The position numbers and the translations under genes are program-made. From Amoeboaphelidium protococcarum X5 (Eukaryota > Fungi > Aphelidiomycota), in NCBI GenBank assembly GCA_023515725.1, contig JALDTO010000237.1, positions 248,001 through 312,000 on the forward strand: 64,000 nt of DNA, in the 5' to 3' direction. Each line of letters starts with the position of its first letter. Position 1 is the first letter of the stretch. Under the pieces are notes generated by a model. That model was not told the origin of the DNA. It was given only the letters and a program-made list of their open reading frames with translations, and ran no database searches. Shown piece after piece: positions 1 through 12,547 of the stretch.

Positions 1-429
1 TGGGCCCGCTTTCCTAATCAAGCCTGAAACAGGATTAACATCACGCGTTTCATCGGTAAAGTGTCTTTAAACTTAGCAAATGTAATGAGGTTCACAAAAG
101 AGCTACAAATTCGCATTTACCAAATACTATCAGTAAACGCAGGTAGAAAAGTATGTTGAAGAAGAAGTTGGAACGTTTTAACAAAAAGCAGTTGGTATAA
201 ATTGCGTAACGCGTTGCTGTTATAACTGACCACTGTACTCGTGATGGAACCATTCAGAATATTCTTAGTTCTGGTTTATCTGTAAAACAATACAGTTCCT
301 TCCACTGGGTGGTGATCGTGGGCACACCACTGAGATACACGATTTAAAGTCGCCTGCTTTGATCTTGGTTCCTCAAACGTCACCCATACCATCAGCATCT
401 GGGCGCTCTCTAAAGTAAGATCGTGTCAC

Positions 430-1020
430 TGACTCTGGGCTGCAGGGGTTGCATGATCTAAAAATCTCCAATGTTCTTGCGGGTAATTAGAGAAAAAGAC
501 TTTACCAGATAGTTCTACAAGTTTTTTGTAGAGCACGTGGCTGAAACAAAGTCCATGGATGCCGTCAAACAGATAGCAGGAACTGGAGACGTTCCCCCTA
601 ATGATGACTTGAATATGGTGCAATATGTAGCAAGTTGCGCTCAGAGTATGTTGTTATGTACTTTTGATAACGAAGATCGATATATAGGACTTAAGTCAAG
701 TAATGCATAAAGGTATCACCGCTTTGAATGAGTGCAAGTTGTCAAAGGACCTCACTAAGCTAAAGATTTAAGTCCTGTCAGATAGCCTCAATCATATGAC
801 CAATATGTGCAAATACTATAACTTCTTGGTGAGTGAATGTGTATTATGCGGACAATGTGCTGAGGATCAGATTCATGTGTTCAATTGTAAAGGAAGAAGA
901 GAAGGCACTTGAACATGTCGGACGCTATAGAGCTGTACAGGTGCTGGCTCCAAAGAGCTGGACCTGTCAAGATTAATTAAGGGTGCAACTTATGCATTCC
1001 TTCCTGTAGGGCGCTAAGTA
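430..1020 (+). mobile_element. Possible degenerate non-LTR retrotransposon remnant (C-terminal Cys/His zinc-knuckle region)
   Basis: Frame 721-912 reads ALNECKLSKDLTKLKIQVLSDSLNHMTNMCKYYNFLVSECVLCGQCAEDQIHVFNC, a CxxC-x7-H-x3-C pattern like the zf-RVT tail of LINE ORF2. Flanking frames are broken by TGA and frameshifts. No RT core is visible. Confidence 0.3.
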
Positions 1021-2444
1021 GAAACCAGTAGGTGGACAAAGCGGATACTTGACCGTGTGATACAGCCACTAATAAAGTTTATTCATTCAGGTAGCATTAT
1101 TGACTTAAGGCGAATAATTATTGGCAGCTATGAACCACAAGGAACGCGCAACCTTGCTGCAATTATGCTTTGCGTCACCTCTGCTACAATATATTATTAC
1201 AAACCTTCCTTTAAATGAGTTGGCTTAAAGTTTTCTCTCGTTATTGAATGCTGCGCAATCTACTCCGCAATAGGTTGAACCTGATTCGAGCTTGGGATTT
1301 CCGTCTGATGAATTCGAAGAATTTGAAAGTGAGTATCCACGCACCTCTGAACTTTGAGTTGGTTTAATTAATATTTAAGCATATTGTTCCATGATAGTTT
1401 ATTGATTTTACCTCCTTAGAACGCTCTTAACAGTATGATGTTATTTACTTTACTTCTACGGCGCATGCTACTGTATATACGGCCTTTCTAAATGCGGAGT
1501 TAAGAAAGTAGTAATCAGGTCAGTCCAAAACTGCGCTGATTCGATTACTTTTTCTAGACTGAGTCGAATCACTTGATACTTTACAGAATCCTTGTATTAC
1601 GTGTATTCTACAATTTAGAAAAGTGGTAGAAGCATTGCATTATTTCGCAACGCGAAATCGTAACTCGATCGCCGCTCTCATCTTCATGACCGCACTCTTT
1701 TGACCTTTTTTCGATTGGATCAGTCATTGCCTTTCGCTAAAAGATCAATAAATTTTAATCTCAAACTGCTAAAAGGCTTTTCAGAACAATCACCATCTCC
1801 TTTCTGCTTGATGAAATCTAAGAGACTCAGTACTGGACGTTAGAGTGCTGATAATTAACGACGACCGCTCGGCGCGAATAAAGGCAGCATTAAGAAATAG
1901 AGGCGAAGTAATAATAACAATAGGACTGGACTTGAAAAGTTGGAAAACGATCTTAATCATGACTTTACAGAGTTCCGCGTACCTACTACAGCTAAGCGGA
2001 TTGTAGTTAAGAAGGACCAGAGGAGCGAGTCTTCAAGAAATCGTATGGCACATGGCTAGATCAAGAATTCTGTGCGTGATGTAACTTAAAACCTCGCTGA
2101 TGTAATGAATTTGATTAATGCTTGAAGTTGCATGTGAAACAGTAATAGATCACGTATTGACGGATATCACTTGACTTTCATGCCTATTGACCCCGGTTTC
2201 GATTTGGTTACACCAATTAACTGTGATCTTGGCTGTGTGACCAATTGAAGCCCGCAGATCACAAATACATCGATTGCGCCGCCGTTGATTGGACATGTAA
2301 CCTCGTTCGGTGTAACGGCTGATTAAGTATTGCCATTATCATGCTGGTACATCTCTTTATCTCTATCAAATTAATCTGTTTCTTTATTCTTGACAAAATA
2401 ATTAATTATATAATTGCACTTTAGATCTGTCTATTACTGGAATA

Positions 2445-4172
2445 ATGAAATTTGGAATATATTAATCAATCGCGTTAATCTTGTTGGCTTCTCAGTTCAA
2501 CACACTGCTAGTAGAGGGAACAAGCCATGACAAGGGCGCGTAAAATAGTCCTGGCTACGGATAATCTGCTCCCTCGAGTCCTGCACCAGCTGGTGGCTAA
2601 CAACCAGCGGCTCCTGTCCCTGCTCCCGATGAAAAGTACCGCATGAAGCTTCCGGATGATGTTCCTCTTCCGAGTGGGGCTTCTCCATAATCTGCTCCGG
2701 CTCCTCCTGCTCATCCAGTTGCTGGTGACTCTACCAAGCCTGCTTAAACTACTCCTTGTGAGTCTGAGAAGGCTCCCTAGTAAACTCCTCATCCATAGCC
2801 TGCGGCACCAAAGCCGGCTCCAATGCCTGCACCGCAGCCTACTGCTCCTGGTAACAGCACAGTGAAGCCTCCTACTGATGTTAAGCCTGATCAGACTAAG
2901 CCGTCATCTACGACTCCTTGCGAATCTGACTCCGTGGCTTCAAAGACGCATGTACCAGAAAAGCCTGCTCCTGCTCCGGCAATGCCAGTGCCTGCTCCAT
3001 CAAAGAATGGGACTAGCCCTGGCGGTGACAAGGCACCTACACCCAAGGCTCCTTCCGGTTCGAGCCCAGCCGGTGGTCTTCCTGTGCCTGCACCTTCCAA
3101 GACTGGTAAAGCGCCATGTACCAACACTGTCACTCTTTATGACCTGCCTCCTACCAACGCTCCTTAAACTGGTGGATCTGGCTCTCCTGCCGTGAACACT
3201 CCATCTTATGGCGGCGAATCTTAAGCACCTAGCCCTGATACTCCAAAGGGAGCTTCCCCTTCTGCAGGCGGTGGCCCTTCTGCCCCTGTTGCAAACGCAC
3301 CTTCCTACGGTGGTTAATCTCCATCTCCTGCTCCAGCTGGTTCAAAGCCGAGCGCAAGCCCAAGTGGTGGCTATGGTGGATCCAGTCCTGCTGGTCAAAG
3401 TCCTTCTGGTGGATACGGCAATTCATCTCCTGCCGGCTCAAAACCAACTGGTCAAAGTCCATCTGGTGGATACGGCAATTCATCTCCTGCCGGCTCAAAA
3501 CCAACTGGTCAAAGTCCATCTGGTGGATACGGCAGCTCCGGTCCTTCTCCTTCTCCTAGCGCCTCCCCGGCAACTCAGGCACCTGCAGGTGGTTAATCTC
3601 CTAAGAGCCCTAGTGGCGGCTATGGAAGCTCCAGTCCTGCGACTGGCGGAGACAATTGTAAGTGCGCATCTCCATCAAGCGGAGGTTATGGTCAATCTAG
3701 TCCGTCAACAGGCAGTGGTGATGGTGGATACGGTTCTTCTGCTCCTGCTGGCGATAACTGTGTGTGTGAGCCTGAAAAGAGCGAAGAGGCAAAGCAGTAT
3801 GAGCAGTTACCATTCTGTGATGAAGTCGATACTTCATAGTTTACTCCTGTCCTCATCAATCCACCTCCTGGGATGCATTATGGTGACAGCAATAAGGGTC
3901 CATCTTCATAGAATAATGCTACTGGTGGCCTTCAGAATTCCACGATGGGTGGTGGAAACTCAACACTGAGTAATACTACATCCATCACATCAACTACCAC
4001 CAGCTCCGCCCCAGCGGCAACTCAAACTCCAATAATCCCACAGAAGAACGAGAATGATGTTGGCAGCTCCATTGTGTCCAACTCTGATTCTAACAGTGCC
4101 GGTAATAAGATCGCCGGCGGTCTCTCTGCGTTCTCAATAGCGTTTACTTCTCTACTCATGATGGCTCTCTGA
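2445..4172 (+). CDS. Secreted, probably GPI-anchored Pro/Ser/Gly-rich cell-surface protein (~575 aa)
   Basis: Single frame with TAR=Gln from ATG 2445 (signal MKFGIYQSIALILLASQFNTLLVEG) to TGA 4170-4172. Contains PAP/SGGYG repeats, a Ser/Thr stalk, then NSAGNKIAGGLSAFSIAFTSLLMMAL (GPI-type hydrophobic tail). Joins track ORFs 2823-3167 and 3945-4172. Confidence 0.85.
3393..3534 (+). repeat. Coding tandem repeat, 57-nt unit x ~2.5 (GQSPSGGYGNSSPAGSKPT)
   Basis: Near-identical units start at 3393, 3450 and 3507. Confidence 0.9.
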
Positions 4173-4612
4173 ATAATTTGATGGTGGAAATAAAAAAAAT
4201 TAATTTTCGGTAACATTTTAATTACTTTCACACACTCCTCTTTACACTTTTCATTTGTTAAAGTTAACGGCGGGTGTAACGTTGCTCGATTAAATTCAGA
4301 TTGGATCATACCATGGTCTGAAATGTACAATCTAGTATTTTCTTGATCAGCGATCAATCAGTACAATGTATTTAATAAGATTATAAGCTATAATTCCACA
4401 ATCGCTCTTAAACTTGGCCCTAAGTTGGCTCAAATTGAATTCAGGTTGATCTACGAGAGGCAATTTGGATTCGGATCTGACGACGGACATGATTCAGGGG
4501 CTTTGAGAAGATAATTTATAAAATTTCACAATTTTCAAGCCTGCTTGATTATACCAAAAAAGTTATAATTTAAGATTTGATTATCAGCTAAGAGTGGCAT
4601 TTAAAGTTATTT

Positions 4613-6160
4613 ATGTTGCTGCTGCCGAATGTATTGGCCGTTATAGTTCTCTTTGATTCTCTTCGCGCGTAGCCAGTGACAGGTCGTGGATCTGGCCAGC
4701 AGGCTGTGGATGATGATGCTGATTTCTATGATTATTTTGGTATTAAATCAGAGTCTGACGGTGATATGATTTTGTTGGATGCCAATTAGTAGAATCCTAT
4801 TATTAGGCGCGGTGATCGCTAGTATCTTAAGCCTGATGGTGAGTATCTCAGTAATTATATCGTACCTGATATTGCACCAGAAGACGATGATGATGGCATC
4901 GCAATGGACGCGCTCTTTTCCACTTCACCATATGATTTTGATAGTGTTGTCGACGACCCTTCTCCTATGTCTGAGTAAGAGTAAGCTGATGTATAAGACA
5001 TCTCGGGCGATAAGTCTTATGAAGAGGAATTGGTAGATTTGCGTCAGTACCAACTATCAGAAAGTACCTCTGCTGATGGTGCTTATCAGTAAAAGATGCA
5101 TGAAGCATAAGTCAATAGTGCTGTGGAATCTTTGACCGATAGCAACCCGTACAGTATTCTATCCGACAACGACTCTTCTGGCAAAGGCAGTGAAGGCGAT
5201 AAATCTGTGCAGCATTCAGTAAAATCTAGTCAGGCGCATAGCAGTCAACGCCATGCATCGCAGTCATAGTCTTCATCAAAGAAGGCCTCGTCCAAGAAAT
5301 CAAAGTCAAAGTCTAAGAGCTAAAAGAATAAGAAGGGGGAGAATCAAGCTACTAGTGCTGCTGATGAAGACGCGCTTTTGGAAGCGGCAATCAAGGAAGC
5401 TGCTCAGATGAAAGCTAAACAATCAGAGTTTTAGGAGAAGGCTGTGAAAACTCTTGTGTTGTATCATTTTGAATAGTATAAAAAGCAGTTGGAGACTGGT
5501 ATTGAAGATAAGATAGTAGAAACAGCAACCAAGTACATTGAGCTTGAGGGTATTTTCTAAATGCTTCTGACGTCCAAGTCATACTAATCGCTGATTTAGA
5601 TGCAATCTTCCTCTGCTTCTACCACTTCTGTTGATTTGAAGATTGAGGCATTCTCAGGAGTTTTGTATTTTCTGGACAAGCTGCGAATGCTGGTCCCTTA
5701 GATCGCTGGCTTGCTTGATGCAATTTAGCATGAAAGGGGAGAAATTGATCAATATGTTTAGAATTTCGAGTCTGAATCCCCAGAATTTATAGAGATAACT
5801 GAAATCCTAAAGAGTTAGCAAGTCAGAGTGCAAAAGATAGTTTCTCAAATGGATACTCGTGTTGTGCAGTTTAGAAAAATCGATAAGTCCTTCTGTGATA
5901 CTATACTTAAGAACATGCCTGCAATCATGTCATTTGTTGATCTAAGACTTCATGATATGGAAAGAGACGTATAAGCAACGTATAAAAACGGGCGCGTATT
6001 GGACCAGGATTATACGGATTACATTAGCATGGAAATCAATAGAGCGTTGCAAGTTCTGAGCTACATTGGTGATGAAGCAGATGATGTGGCGGATTCTATC
6101 AGCAAGTTTAGAGTCTCTTCACAGTTGCGTTATAGAAAGATTATGCTTTTGACCCGTTGA
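4613..6160 (+). CDS. Secreted orphan protein, DFY-motif family member 1 (~515 aa)
   Basis: Open with TAR=Gln. Signal MLLLPNVLAVIVLFDSLRA|QPV, then DFYDYFG (4721-4741), an acidic region, Lys-rich SKKASSKKSKSKSK, DEDALLEAAI and a helical C-terminus. TGA 6158-6160. Confidence 0.8.
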
Positions 6161-6504
6161 TACCACGCGTCACTGCTCATTCATTGGAATGATATTAGAA
6201 ATTTGGAAGGTTTATAAGAGTTGAAGTTGATGGTACTTATAGAGAAATAAAATTTTAGATAGACAAAGGTTGCATAGATTCTTTTCTATTTTTCTCAGTT
6301 ATTGACAGTATAGCGGAGTTTCAACTTAAAGCCTCCTTGCAGAGCACATCAATATCAACCAATTTGATAGATTTGAATCTTGCATATCTCGTGCAGTCAA
6401 ACGACTTCAAACCTCTATCACATTCAGGGGCATATCATCATTTTCACTCTTTTTTTATTTTGACATTGCAGCAGTGAATTGACAAATTATTCGCTGTATA
6501 AGTC

Positions 6505-7902
6505 ATGATGATATCTTTATCGATAGTCTTTGTGTGGATCGCTGTATCTGAGATTATTGCTGCTCCTACGCGCTTCGTCGAGGACTTTTATGACACTCTT
6601 GGCTTTGATATGGATCGTCATGAAGACGGTGCACCACATGTAAAGTTTGGCAGTTTTGATAACACGAATCCTCTGAAAATATCTACTCTGCCTGAAGATG
6701 ATGACGCGCTGAGTAATTTCGGTGATGGTTAGCTTCTCGCCAATGAAGATGCTATTGCCAACATTGGCGAAATTGAATAGCCAGAGTCCTTTGCTTCTAA
6801 ATCTGTGATTGATAGCTTGGATAATAAATAAACTCCCTATAACTTTGATCGCGAAACTGGCGAGTATGATATCATTGATGCAAGTTAATATTAGCTGGAT
6901 GTATCTGCAATTAGCGGAGAGTTGCCGCCTGAGCTCTAGATCGACGCGTCAAACGGAGATCTGGAAGATGATTTCGATACTTCTGGCAATCAGTCCCCTA
7001 GTGAAGCTCTTAAAAAGCCATCCAGCTCAAAGAATAGGAACAAAAAGAAGAAGAAGAGCAGAAGCAAGGCATCAGCTAATAAGTCCAATGTTTAGAATAA
7101 AGGCAAAGCGCTGGATGAAGATGATGATGACTTGGACGCTCTCTTTGCTTAAGCTTAACTATAAAATCAGAAGATGGTTGAGTAGAAGCTGAATGAGCTA
7201 GAATCTGTGCACGCAAAGCAACTGTCAAAGTTAAAATACCAAGTGCACACCATGATTGGGCTTAAGGAGAATTTCAATCTATTCTATGAAGATTTTAAAG
7301 ATAAAGTCATGCAACTAAAGTCATTGATTGACGTGTTTTCCGCTAAAGAGAATATGGTTCCTAGTTTAAAGCTGGATATGCTGCAGAATATGGTGCTTTT
7401 TGCGTCGGAAGGCTCTGTACATTATGCGAACGCTTATGCTGCATTTGAGTTGTTTGAAAGCGCTCTGGATTGCATCAGTGTCAAGTTTCTGCAAACCAAC
7501 GATGCTCAATACTCTGGATTTGCTGAAAAGTATCAAGAGTTGACCGATAGCTATCAGCAAGGATTACAGCTTAAAGAGGAGTTCCCTCAATAACAAGCAC
7601 TATTTAAAGAGTTAATTAAAATTGTGAGATCTTACGGCAGAAGCTCTGAAGTTGAGGTGTTTGGCCATCTTCTGGGCCTGTTGGAGGATGTCCTGGAACT
7701 CCAGTGCGAAGATGATGGATTCGAGAGTTCGAGCGAAAGCGTGTTTGGTACTCGCGATAAGGTGGATATGATTTATGCGTACGTTTACGCCAATGAATTT
7801 CCATCTTAAGAAGCCTTAGCCATTTAATCTTAGATCACTGAACTGTTTTATGATTACATGGAAAGAATGGAACTCTGCAAGGCGTAGTTGGGATATCAGT
7901 GA
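6505..7902 (+). CDS. Secreted orphan protein, DFY-motif family member 2 (~465 aa)
   Basis: Signal MMISLSIVFVWIAVSEIIA|APT, DFYDTLG (6583-6603), acidic region, KNRNKKKKKSRSK, DDDDLDALFAQA, helical C-terminus. Joins three in-frame track ORFs. TGA 7900-7902. Confidence 0.8.
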
Positions 7903-8258
7903 TAATGAGGTGCATGAGTATTTGAATAGCTGAAGAGAAAATAAATTTTAGATTATTTAATAAGCTGTTGCATCTTTAATTTTGTGTCATGTAATGCTCA
8001 TATTACATTCAGAGTGAGAACATATATCATTCTATGGACATTTACAGTTTATGCAACGCATTTACTTATAATTCTTCCATATGCAGATGCCGAATTTCTC
8101 TATCAAAGTGTCGGCGTTTAAATTTTACTTCGTCGATTGACAGGGCGATTAAGTCAAGGGATAGACCACGTGGAAAATGATATTGAATGCTCGATTGATA
8201 TGGTGAGATTATCATTTCTCTCCAGATATATTGACAGAATATTAAAGAAACAGAAGAT

Positions 8259-9701
8259 ATGAAGAATGCATTTATCTTGCTGAGCATATTCTTGGTAATA
8301 CGTGCTATACCAACAGGTGGCACTCATGATGCTGCTGATGATGGCGATTTTTATAATCAATTTGGCGGTGATAAGAATGGAGAAGGTTAGGATGATGATG
8401 GTGTTGCATTTCCATCAATGTAGGCCATATAACCGAATATTAATATTCTGGGCGAAAGTGTTGATCAAGAGCATGGCATTAAAGTATTGCATAGCGCGTA
8501 ATCTTCGTAACCCAATCGCGATCAAGCCTCCTCCAGTATTAGTCAAAAGCCAGCGTCCAATGCGTGGTAGAAGCGTTTGAGTCATCTTAGATTGAGTGAT
8601 GACGCGTAAGGAGAGTCGAGCTAGTCGTTTAAGGACGATCACGTTTAATCTGAGCCGTAATGGTAAGAGATACCACGTGATCTGAGATCCGAGATTGAAG
8701 CTGGCCCATTCTAAACACCAAAGAAACCTGTCAGATTGGATCGCGCTCATAAGCAGGCGACTAAGTAGAGTCGAGCGACCTCATTGGCTCTTCTGAGCTC
8801 TTTATAGACACCTTAGTAATAAGATTAGCTAGATGAGGGGCACATTGGTGGAGACGTTGAACTAAACGCACCGTAGACCCCTGCTGATTATAAAGGTTTG
8901 TAAGGTGAAGGTAAAAGTGTCAGGTCCAAGTCCATTAAAAAATAAGCTATAATAGAGTCTGAGATGCAAACTTAAATTCTTCTACTTGACTAGCTAATGG
9001 AAGGAGCTTTGAGTTCTTAAGGTAAGGCGACGGAGTATCAAGGCTAATATGAACGTGCTCTCATGAGATTATAACATTCTCATGCTGGTGAAGACATTGG
9101 CACTGCATTTCTATAAATTCGATAGGAAAGTTTCCTGCTCTATGACGCGTTACTGAGCTTCAAAGAGTATCTAATCAGATTCCGCTAAACTTTGTCATCT
9201 AGTCCTGAAATGAGAAGTTTGTTGAAAGAAGGAGCTTAAGAGCTAACGCGTTTGGCGTCTCTCCATGACGTTGCCGTTAACGACTACAAGAGACTTCATT
9301 CCGAGTTCCTTTAGTATGATAATAAACTGGAAAATATTGTGTAATAAAGAATCCCTGCTATCATCAGTATCATTGTGACGAGTCTCAAAGATGCCGATCA
9401 AAAGTACTCATATTTGTGGCATTCTGTTCATGGTAACACGAAGAAGCTTTATAAAAAGTCCGCATTGAGCAATGAGATAGCTAGGCTTGTGCGTAAAGCT
9501 AATGATTTCTCTGAACTCATCAGTAAATATACAGACATTAATGGCAATGTATACGTGCAGAATTACGCCAACAAGTATGCGTAAATGGAGTATCGATTGG
9601 ATGAATTTTATAGAAAGTACACCAAGTTGGGACTAACAGACTTCAATCGACGGCCGGTCAAAAATCTTGAGGCAGAATTTGAACTGATATAGATTGAATG
9701 A
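8259..9701 (+). CDS. Secreted orphan protein, DFY-motif family member 3 (~480 aa)
   Basis: Signal MKNAFILLSIFLVIRA|IPT, DFYNQFG (8346-8366), disordered N-half and helical C-half. No in-frame TGA until 9699-9701. Confidence 0.8.
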
Positions 9702-9898
9702 AGTAATATTGATTTAAAAATGGTGAAATTTGTTTGGTAGATTTGTTAAATCTTAAAATTTATATTAAATTTCAGGCAGTGCTTTTCCACTTTGAAACTT
9801 AGTGTCAAAGCGAAGGCGAAAATTTATCAAATTTCACTCTCTTAGACTATCTGAAAACTAGATTATCTGTATAATTTTGGTGATATACAGCGCATCAA

Positions 9899-12484
9899 AT
9901 GGAGACTCATCGAGTAAGATTTTTAAATATTCAACCATCTGCTATTGTGTGTATAAAAAGTACACCAGACGAGTATCCTTATCCTCCTATCACTGCTGTG
10001 GCGCGTGAGAATGGAGATTTGGAGCTGTGGCAGCTATTTGGTTCTGGCGCGTTACCTGTCGATAGCACCAATTAATCTTTTGTACAAACGTCAGATTCTT
10101 ATGGATCACTGATAAATAATAACAGCAAGAATATTATGGTCGATGGCACTAGTGGAGTATGCCGTTATCGCGTCCAAGGAGAGCAGTACAAGAAGATTAC
10201 CGCATTGCATTGGTCATTGTGGGAATTTTAGCCATTCTCCTCTGCATAGTACGGTGGTTAGCGTGTTGGTCATGATAGTGCCACTGATTCTGAAGCTGAG
10301 GAAGATAATGAAGATGACTGCAAAGTTGATGCTCAACAAAGTTAAAATGCGGCAGTGTAATAATCCGTGATAATGAATCGCTTAGTTGCAAGATTATTCG
10401 TTGGGTATTCAGATGGCTCGATTGCAGAGTTTACTCTTCCTTCTTAGGATGGCGCTATCAAGTATATCAAAAGAACTGTAATTTCAAATTCTGGTGGTGA
10501 AATTTGTGGGCTGGCAGTATCACCGTCGTAATAGTATCTAATTGCTGGCTTTTAAAATGGTTATATACGCACGTACGATTTGACTTTGTATAATGAGATG
10601 GGATTGCCCACCTTTGATTACTTGAGATCATTTGATCCTGTCAATGAGCAGTTGACCTGCTTGGGTAGTATGAATATTTGCCTTGGTTCTGAATAATCCC
10701 ACGACTATGTAAATGCTGATAGTGATTCTTAGTGGCGCGTTCTAGTCGGTGGCGATAATGGTATCATTAGAGTGTATAATGGAATTGAAGGCAGGTAGGT
10801 TGAGCTGTTCAAATTGGCTTCTTAATCATCCCATGGAGCAGGTGACCGCCAGTCTCCAGCTATACTATGCTTAACTCAACTTAAATGCAATGAGGACGAA
10901 CAGTTGTTTGCCGCTGGTGACTCTATGGGCAACATTAGAATATGGGATTTAATAACGGGTACGCTGGTGCAAAGTCTGATCGAGACTCATGTCGGAGCAG
11001 TTGTCGCGTTATCCAGTACTTTAGATAGAAAGTCCTTTGTAAGCTGTGGCATGGATGGTAAGATTGCTCTGTATAACTATGTTGATGGTGCTGGTAATAC
11101 GCCGTATTAGTAATTGGTCTCCAGAAAGTTGCACACTCACGACATTTATGCTATTGAATGGTTGCAAGTATCTAGTCGCTTGTTCACTCCATCCAGAAGT
11201 ACTAATTCTGGTAATAAGAGAAAACTGACTGTACAAGCAATGGTCGGTAAGGATAGTGCGCACCCTCTTATTTACGACGCGTTTATCAGTGGTGGTGTTG
11301 ATACTATGCTCACAGTTCTGAATAGTCCTCAATCAAAGTTTATATAATCATTTGTGTAGCCTGCTAGAATCGCGTCATTTTCGAGTGGTAGATACAAAAT
11401 GTTCTTTAATGCCTAAAGTAATTTGCTCATTTCTTTAATTAATCAACAAATTCAAGTGTATTCATTGGGTGTTGCGCATTAGCATGGCGAGGACGTTGGC
11501 TTTGTACCCACGAAGTCTGATTGCAAGTTTGTTTGCAAACTGACATTAAACTCATCTCCTGTCGATGCTTGTGCCTCGGAGTAATTGGACTCTTTCGCTG
11601 TTGCCTATACAGATAAAGTGATACTTTTCAAGTTGTTTTCTGAAAATGGTCAATATCACATGCAGAAATTGTGGTAACACTCAGTGAGTAATCAAGTAGA
11701 AAGGATATTTTTGGTGGACAATGTCGGAATATTAGTCGCCTGTTTAGATGGTCAATCTAGTTGTCTTTGCTTATAAGATGGCTCTGTTAAATCCGAATTT
11801 TAATTGAGCAATGTCATGTGCAGCTCGCGTTGTGTAACTGTCATTGGAAATAGATTTTTAGTTAGTCTTGGTCTGAATACAGCTATAGAGATACGTGATT
11901 TAACTAAGTTTAAACCATACTCAAAACTTGCAAAAGTGAGTGATCATTTTAGTTTTCTAGTAATAGATGGCTCTGTTGATGGTGTTTATGAATTTTCTCT
12001 GGCGTCAACCAAGTACTCTAAACGGTGTTTGTATGGAATGCTACTTAGTTAAAGAGCATCGAATGGTCTATATAAATTCCATCTCTTTGATTTGGAGAAG
12101 GCAAAGCCAATGGTGGAGTTGAATAAAGTTTTAAACAACTACAAGATACTCATTAAAAGGAGAGAACAGATTGTGGGTGCGTTGTCGTCGGTAGAGAATG
12201 GGCGTAACTACCTCTTTATTTACTCGCATAAGTGGGTTTGCCGCGTAGGTGTTGATTAAATTTTGAAGATGATCCGTAAAATCGGCGACTCTGAACTTTC
12301 AACAGATCAATATGAAGAATGCTTTAGCTGGAAGCACGATCTTAGCAATCTACTGTATTTTGACGTTCAGAATATGGGATCAACTAAAAGTGAAATGAAA
12401 AGTGTAATGGTGGAACGTCCATGGGATATGATACGCGCACAACTTCCTGCGCCGATAGAACTAAAGCAGTTTAAACGAAAATGA
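9899..12484 (+). CDS. UTP4: U3 snoRNA-associated protein 4 (cirhin), WD40
   Basis: N-terminus METHRVRFLNIQPSAI...VARENGDLELW, WD repeats (GDSMGNIRIWD, HTHDIYAI, SGGVD) and C-terminal ERPWD..LPAPI..KQF, all typical of Utp4. One frame with TAR=Gln. Confidence 0.85.
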
Positions 12485-12547
12485 TAGAAAACTTTTAAGT
12501 GAACAGCAGATGATATGAATAAACTTCTCTTATAACGTATCATCTTA

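Noticed and set aside
3055-3070. tRNA T-loop-like GGTTCGAGCCC
   Set aside because: Lies inside a coding repeat, with no cloverleaf or A-box.
3393-3534. CRISPR-like direct repeats
   Set aside because: Head-to-tail 57-nt in-frame coding repeats without spacers, in a eukaryotic context with no cas genes.
3208-3969. 253-aa Leu/Val-rich track ORF
   Set aside because: Off-frame shadow of the Pro/Ser/Gly repeat protein; the real frame has a signal peptide and a GPI-type tail.
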